A stretch of DNA of 64,000 nucleotides from Candidatus Obscuribacteraceae bacterium. Lineage in GTDB: Bacteria; Cyanobacteriota; Vampirovibrionia; Obscuribacterales; Obscuribacteraceae. The DNA lies in NCBI GenBank assembly GCA_044226015.1, contig JBGAHS010000006.1:352001-416000 (forward strand), written 5' to 3'. A program made the translations under genes and the position numbers. Shown here piece after piece: positions 58,558 through 64,000 of the stretch; within the stretch, counting starts at the first letter, position 1, and each line of letters starts with the position of its first letter. Under the pieces are notes generated by a model, which did no database searches, was not told the DNA's origin, and worked only from the letters and a program-made list of their open reading frames with translations.

Positions 58558-60408
58558 ATGTACAACACGGAATTCGATTGTAATTCAGGCGAATTCGATG
58601 AGGAAAAGCAAGAGGCTTCTCAAAACCTGTCAGCAGACTCATGGCAAAGAAGCGGTTTGTCAAAAGTATCAAAAAAGTCAGAGTCAGAGCCCAACCAGAC
58701 CAGTCAAAGCAAAAAAGCCGTACCAGAAAATAGGTCAGACAAAGAAGCTAGCTTGCTCAATCCATACTCCTATTATGGACAAACTGCGAAACCTATTTTC
58801 AATTTACCTCTCCAGAAACAGTGGAAGATAGAAGACTGGAATAAAGGATGCAACAAACCAGAATTCAACAAACTTGGCACTCAAATTGATGGACCAGCCC
58901 CTTTCGGCTCACCTTTTCAAAGACTCCGATTCGGGGAAAAAATCGAATTTCAACGCAGTACGGAAGAGATCGATACGGCAGTTTTTAGCAACCAATCGCT
59001 CACCGAACCCTTGAAGCAGCGCCTCCGGGAGAAGCTTATCCAAACATCCGAATCCAGTGAACTTACTTCGGACTACAAGCGCGAATTTGTTAACGGACTT
59101 TATGGTTTCGCTAAACGCAGCGACATTAGCAACGACGAAAAAGCGAAAACGTTCCAGAACATCATCGAAATAATGGAAGCAGATAAGGGTCAACCTTTCA
59201 GCCAAATCGACCGAGAAAAGCTTGCCACGCAACTTCTCTGGCACCTCTCCAACGTAGAGAAAAACTGCCAGGGCGGCAATCAAACATGTAACATGACGGT
59301 CATCCGTGGCATCATGTTATACGAGTCGCCCAGCAAGTTCTCTGGCTTCATTCGAGACCTCCTGCAGACAGGAAAGTTCGTAACGAAGGATCAATCTGAG
59401 ATTTCCTTGCCTTTAGAATCTACAAAAGTAGCTGCGCAATCAGAGGAAAGCAAATTCCCTCCGGCAGACGGTAGCAGAACGTGGCTAGGAAAGATTTCTG
59501 ATGTAGCCATGGCAAATGTCTACTGGCAAAGGCAGACGAAACAGCTTGACGATACCAGAGTGAGAAAGGGAGAGCTTGTATACAGAGAAGACCTAGGCAA
59601 TGCTCGCTTGTTCAGAATGACGAACGGAAAGCCAGAGCCGCTTCAACACGAAACAGAACAAGCGTCCAATCCGGGCACATCTGACCGCGCCATAGCAGAC
59701 ATCCACCAGCAAATCACTGGAGAATCGCGAGAGAATTTGGTACTCACATCAAACCGAGTAGAGGTCACCACAGGACCAGGTGTCAGAACGGTTGATGAGA
59801 GTCAACTTCAAGAAATTCTATCGCGTGAAAAGGGAATACATATTGCAAGAATCTGGACGGGGGTGGATTGGGTCTCAAAAAATTCTGGTCAAGGAGTTAA
59901 CGGAGGCGAGCATGTAGTCCTCATAAAAGACTACGACCCTGCGAGTAAAGCCCTGGCTGTAGACAATTCTTGGAGTCAAGATTTTGACAGGTTGCATCCC
60001 GACAGCAGAATAAGCTTGCACGAACTTTTCCAGGCTATGGATAAGCAGGGTATGAGTACAAAACACAATTTATTCTCGAGAATGAGTAACATTGATTATG
60101 CAGGCACTTTCAACTTGACGGTAGATGCACTAGCTATCCCGGCAGCCTTAACTGCGAACAGGTTTGGAAGCTCACGAGGTATGCTATCCGGCTATGGACT
60201 TGTGCGACTTACCAATGACCTATCAGACATTCGTCGGCTTAGAGACTCCAATGACCTAACAAGAGTTGGGCTTGGTATTACAAGCGATACCATGATGATA
60301 ACTGCAGGTTTTGCTCCAAGAGCACTTCCAGCAAGATTCCGAGCCCCCTTAGCTCTGGGTGGCGCAATCATGCGCGGGACGCTCGACTATTTCTATTTTG
60401 GCAAATAA
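58558..60408 (+). CDS. Hypothetical protein with a papain-like Cys/His/Asn triad
   Basis: QGGNQTC, GEHVV, VDNSW; hydrophobic C-terminus. Confidence 0.55.
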   Translation: MYNTEFDCNSGEFDEEKQEASQNLSADSWQRSGLSKVSKKSESEPNQTSQSKKAVPENRSDKEASLLNPYSYYGQTAKPIFNLPLQKQWKIEDWNKGCNKPEFNKLGTQIDGPAPFGSPFQRLRFGEKIEFQRSTEEIDTAVFSNQSLTEPLKQRLREKLIQTSESSELTSDYKREFVNGLYGFAKRSDISNDEKAKTFQNIIEIMEADKGQPFSQIDREKLATQLLWHLSNVEKNCQGGNQTCNMTVIRGIMLYESPSKFSGFIRDLLQTGKFVTKDQSEISLPLESTKVAAQSEESKFPPADGSRTWLGKISDVAMANVYWQRQTKQLDDTRVRKGELVYREDLGNARLFRMTNGKPEPLQHETEQASNPGTSDRAIADIHQQITGESRENLVLTSNRVEVTTGPGVRTVDESQLQEILSREKGIHIARIWTGVDWVSKNSGQGVNGGEHVVLIKDYDPASKALAVDNSWSQDFDRLHPDSRISLHELFQAMDKQGMSTKHNLFSRMSNIDYAGTFNLTVDALAIPAALTANRFGSSRGMLSGYGLVRLTNDLSDIRRLRDSNDLTRVGLGITSDTMMITAGFAPRALPARFRAPLALGGAIMRGTLDYFYFGK

Positions 60409-60570
60409 TAATCGAATTGCACTAAGCATTCCGCGTTTCGGAAAAATTGATCTCAAACCACCTTTAATGAGCTGGTGCAGATATAATTGTAAATAGTGAC
60501 TCGATACAGATAACCAGCTTACTGATTAAAGACAGCATCTCAACTACGGAATAGGAGCTAGAGATAGCTC

Positions 60571-60873
60571 ATGAACGCAGATGATCAGGAACCAGAATAT
60601 CAAATTCCTCGAACAGCTTTAGAGGCTGCACGATCCTCTGGGGATGGTCGCCCCCCAGCCAATACAACCGTTGGACTGAATGATGGCGATTCAGATTCTG
60701 AGAACTATAGAGTTGGGCAAAAAATGAAATGCCTGATCATCAATGCACGTAATGGAGGATACGACGTGCTCATTATCAAAGATGGCAAACTTGCTTACTT
60801 AAAGACAGAAAGGCAACTTGCCCAGGGAGAAGTTTTGCTAGGTGAGTTTCGTTACTGGCAAGATAAAGATTGA
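60571..60873 (+). CDS. Small protein with an S1/OB-like C-terminus
   Basis: YRVGQKMKCLII...GGYDVLI. Confidence 0.5.
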   Translation: MNADDQEPEYQIPRTALEAARSSGDGRPPANTTVGLNDGDSDSENYRVGQKMKCLIINARNGGYDVLIIKDGKLAYLKTERQLAQGEVLLGEFRYWQDKD

Positions 60874-61041
60874 ATTTAACTAATTCGATCAATTCGACTC
60901 AGTATTCTCTATCGAATTTAATGCGCCACAGTAGTTCAACATTTAGCCAAGGTTCAACCTGGTCCGACTCATTATCACCGTCTTCTAATGATTCAATTAT
61001 GTTCCCTGATATCATTTTCAAATGTCTCTGGGAGAAACTCC

Positions 61042-61905
61042 ATGCCAGCCTTGGAATTGTGGTGGCAAAGCTACTTCGATTACCTCAAACAAATTCTAAC
61101 GACCCTGCTCGTTTTCCTCTGTATCGAAAAGCTCCTACCAACGGAAAAACAACAATCGCTCAGGGCATTCGGTTTCAATATTCTATTCACAATCACAAAT
61201 CTAGCCCTGATAATGTGGATAATCCCACTTTTCAACCCTCTTGTACTCCTAGTAAAAGAAAAGCTCCATGCAGGCTACCTAACATGGCCCACCTCTAGCG
61301 AGCCATTGAAACTGATATCATTTTGCTTTATCTACATCGTGTTGTGGGATGTCTTGCAATACTTTGGACACAGGCTCCAACACACAATTCCATTCCTTTG
61401 GGAAATTCACAAATTTCATCATACTGAAAGAAACCTCAATGCGTCTTCATCTGCAAGGAAGCACATAGCAGGTCATATCTTCGAAGAGTTCACCATCGTA
61501 TTGCCACTAATTTTGATTTTCTCGAACCCTATACTTCCCTACATCGCGCAGTTTTTGTTCTTCAACTTCTGGGGTTATTTTAACCACATGAACGCTAAGA
61601 TATCCCTTGGACCATTAACTACAGTTGTGTCTGGTCCACACTTTCATCGAATTCACCACTCAATAGAAAGTGCTCACACAAACAAAAACTTTTCAGCATT
61701 TTTCCCTTTCATCGACGTGCTTTTCGGAACCTATTACAGCCCAAAGAAAGATGAATTTCCATCAACAGGGGTTACGGGAGAAAGCGACCTCCACGATTTA
61801 CTTTACGTAAATGTTCAGCCATTCTTAGGCTGGACCTATTTAGCTAAACTATTACCTGAAAATTCTAAGAATGGGTCTCAATCTCGGACTGAGCATTATG
61901 GGTAA
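61042..61905 (+). CDS. Sterol desaturase / fatty-acid hydroxylase family protein
   Basis: HRLQH, HKFHH and HRIHH histidine boxes. Confidence 0.92.
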   Translation: MPALELWWQSYFDYLKQILTTLLVFLCIEKLLPTEKQQSLRAFGFNILFTITNLALIMWIIPLFNPLVLLVKEKLHAGYLTWPTSSEPLKLISFCFIYIVLWDVLQYFGHRLQHTIPFLWEIHKFHHTERNLNASSSARKHIAGHIFEEFTIVLPLILIFSNPILPYIAQFLFFNFWGYFNHMNAKISLGPLTTVVSGPHFHRIHHSIESAHTNKNFSAFFPFIDVLFGTYYSPKKDEFPSTGVTGESDLHDLLYVNVQPFLGWTYLAKLLPENSKNGSQSRTEHYG

Positions 61906-62050
61906 GTGGTCAAATAATCCTTGAGAAGAGCTTAGGAACTCCGCTCATTAGCCATCGTAATTATTTCTACGTCCTTCTCATCCCTACTCTTTGTTAATTA
62001 CTAGAGCCCCTTAGCTTGGTATATTAGAACGACTTGCAGGTTTTTCTATT

Positions 62051-63250
62051 ATGTCCTCCCAGCTATTGCTGCCTAAGAATCAGACACTAAGACAACAAAG
62101 AATGCCGCGTCTAATTTTTTCGGGCACAGCAGCAACGGCTTTATTCATCTTCGCCGCGATTTTTCTCGGACTTCCTTTCTGTTTGATAAGTAGATACTCC
62201 CAGGAAATACTGCTGCTATCCAATGATCCCCGGGATTTTTCCAGACGAATTGAAAGGTACCTCATATCTGACAATGATTCAGAAACTGTAATTTTAGGCT
62301 CATCAACCGGGATACTACCAAGCTTCCTCTGTGACCGTCCCTTTTGGTTCCGTAGCGGCAGAGGGTTAACTTCAATTGACGAAATCAGACATCGATTTAA
62401 CGACCTGGTGCCACGTTATTTTGTGGCTGAACTAAGAAAAGTGGGGTTCGCTTCCCCAAACGCAGTTAATCTTTCCATGCCAGCAGCCGACGTCACTGAT
62501 GAAAAGCTAGTTTTGAAAAAGTTAATTCGCTTTGCCAAACATCCCAAAACTATCGTTCTATGCATAAGTGTCCGTGATTTTGCTGTTTACCCTTGGATTG
62601 GAGGGAAGATAGAAGTCAGTCCGGTATTTTTGTCCGTCAACGACATTAACATCGCACATGAGGCTCTCGCTGGAAACCAGTTCATCCGATACCTATCAAT
62701 TAAGCTACGGGAAGACACTTTTGCTCACGCCTGGAATGCTAACAAGTTTTTATTCACGTCTTCTCTTGCAAAGCTGTCACTACCTGTGGTGCATTGGGCA
62801 AAACGAACTGGCATTCTTTCTAAAGATTTTCCTGAATACAAGGAACCATGCAACTTTGTCATAGCTGACATAAATCAAGTTATGAAAAACAGTCGACTCA
62901 CTGAGCAAGTTGAAACCGCTCCATTAACAAAGCTGCTTGCCCAATGGAGACCAGAATTTGAAAGCGAACAAGAGGAATCGCTTATTGAAATTGCCCGCAT
63001 ACTAAACCAACGCGGAATTAAGCTGGTAATCGCTGAAACGCCACTAAACCCGAAAGTGCAAACCCCGGAGACACTCCAGGCACTTTACCGACATGCAATA
63101 AAAAAGGCTGCAAACCTTTACGGAGCAAAGCTTTGCCCAACACCTGAGTTTAGAGAAGATGATTATCTAGATGCTTTCCACATGGACCGCTCAGGAGGAC
63201 AGAAATTTTTCCACAACCTGGCTGACTTTATGGCTAGAGAATGCCGCTAA
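62051..63250 (+). CDS. Membrane-anchored SGNH-like protein (DltD/DUF1574-like)
   Basis: VILGSS near the N-terminus, DAFH near the C-terminus, N-terminal TM segment. Confidence 0.55.
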   Translation: MSSQLLLPKNQTLRQQRMPRLIFSGTAATALFIFAAIFLGLPFCLISRYSQEILLLSNDPRDFSRRIERYLISDNDSETVILGSSTGILPSFLCDRPFWFRSGRGLTSIDEIRHRFNDLVPRYFVAELRKVGFASPNAVNLSMPAADVTDEKLVLKKLIRFAKHPKTIVLCISVRDFAVYPWIGGKIEVSPVFLSVNDINIAHEALAGNQFIRYLSIKLREDTFAHAWNANKFLFTSSLAKLSLPVVHWAKRTGILSKDFPEYKEPCNFVIADINQVMKNSRLTEQVETAPLTKLLAQWRPEFESEQEESLIEIARILNQRGIKLVIAETPLNPKVQTPETLQALYRHAIKKAANLYGAKLCPTPEFREDDYLDAFHMDRSGGQKFFHNLADFMARECR

Positions 63251-63300
63251 AGGTTGTTTGACTGGTGTTTTCAGTCTTTGCATTCCAATAGCATTCGACG

Positions 63301-63951
63301 ATGATTAGGAGTTCTAAATTGAGTTCAAATGAATTACTCATAGTTGGAGCTGGCGGACATGCAAAAGTCGTATTCGACATCGTTAGACTTAATAAGTCTT
63401 TTACGTCCATCAGTTTTTTCGATGAGATGGCCCCAAAAGGAAAGGAATTGTTTGGGAAACCAGTACATAACTGCATAGACCAACTGGCGCCATCTTCGTT
63501 TATCGTGGCAATTGGCGATAACAAAACTCGCTTGCGTTTGTTTGAACAACTTGTTGAAAATGGATTTGCACCAATTACGGTACTACATCCATCAGCGATT
63601 ATTTCACAACTTGCGAGTATGGGAAATGGAACATATGTTGGTCCACTAGCAATAGTGAACGCTGATGCACAGATCGGAGACAACTGCATTATAAATAGTG
63701 GTGCCATTGTCGAGCACGACTGCCATGTGGAATCTCACGCACACATTTCGGTAGGTGCCCACCTGGGTGGAAAAACCGAGATTCATGAAGGCAGTCTCTT
63801 CGGCATATCAGCAAGCTCACTTCCATGTACAAAAATCGGAAAGTGGAGTGTTGTTGGTGCTGGGGCGCTAGTAACTCGCGATGTAGCCGCCTATTCAACA
63901 GTAGTGGGAGTTCCAGCCAATCCACTCGGAGAGAAAATCATCGGCTGTTGA
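63301..63951 (+). CDS. NeuD/PglD-family sugar acetyltransferase
   Basis: GAGGHAK, AIGDN..R, VEHDC, hexapeptide repeats, VGVPA. Confidence 0.93.
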   Translation: MIRSSKLSSNELLIVGAGGHAKVVFDIVRLNKSFTSISFFDEMAPKGKELFGKPVHNCIDQLAPSSFIVAIGDNKTRLRLFEQLVENGFAPITVLHPSAIISQLASMGNGTYVGPLAIVNADAQIGDNCIINSGAIVEHDCHVESHAHISVGAHLGGKTEIHEGSLFGISASSLPCTKIGKWSVVGAGALVTRDVAAYSTVVGVPANPLGEKIIGC

Positions 63952-64000
63952 ATTAATTTCGTATTTAACTCATTTGTTTGAGTTTTTTCCGGTAAAGGTC

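Overview
Bacterial chromosomal window of moderate GC. The gene repertoire (giant Gly/Asn/Thr-rich surface protein, many TPR/LRR/HEAT proteins, Tad locus) suggests a non-photosynthetic cyanobacterial relative such as Obscuribacterales, but this is inference only. Main content in order: the 5' ~7.25 kb of a giant adhesin-like gene running off the left edge (absent from the ORF track); a thaumatin-like secreted protein; a DEAD-box helicase with an 11x17-aa repeat tail; a Flp/Tad pilus operon; tRNA-Asn carrying a ~10 kb phage-satellite-like element (tyrosine integrase, primase, helicase, TerS-like HTH, two paralogous serine recombinases, GNAT cargo); two IS110 copies flanking an LRR-TPR gene; then assorted enzymes. 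Two non-coding observations stand out. (1) Two diverged copies of a ~210-nt structured RNA that I cannot assign to a known family (10972-11216 +, 16067-16315 -), each with a 17-bp-spaced promoter, covarying stems, a predicted pseudoknot and a covarying intrinsic terminator. (2) An IS110 bridge-RNA-like segment whose guide sequences match both insertion sites and the element's own circle junction. All annotation is by eye; no database searches were run.
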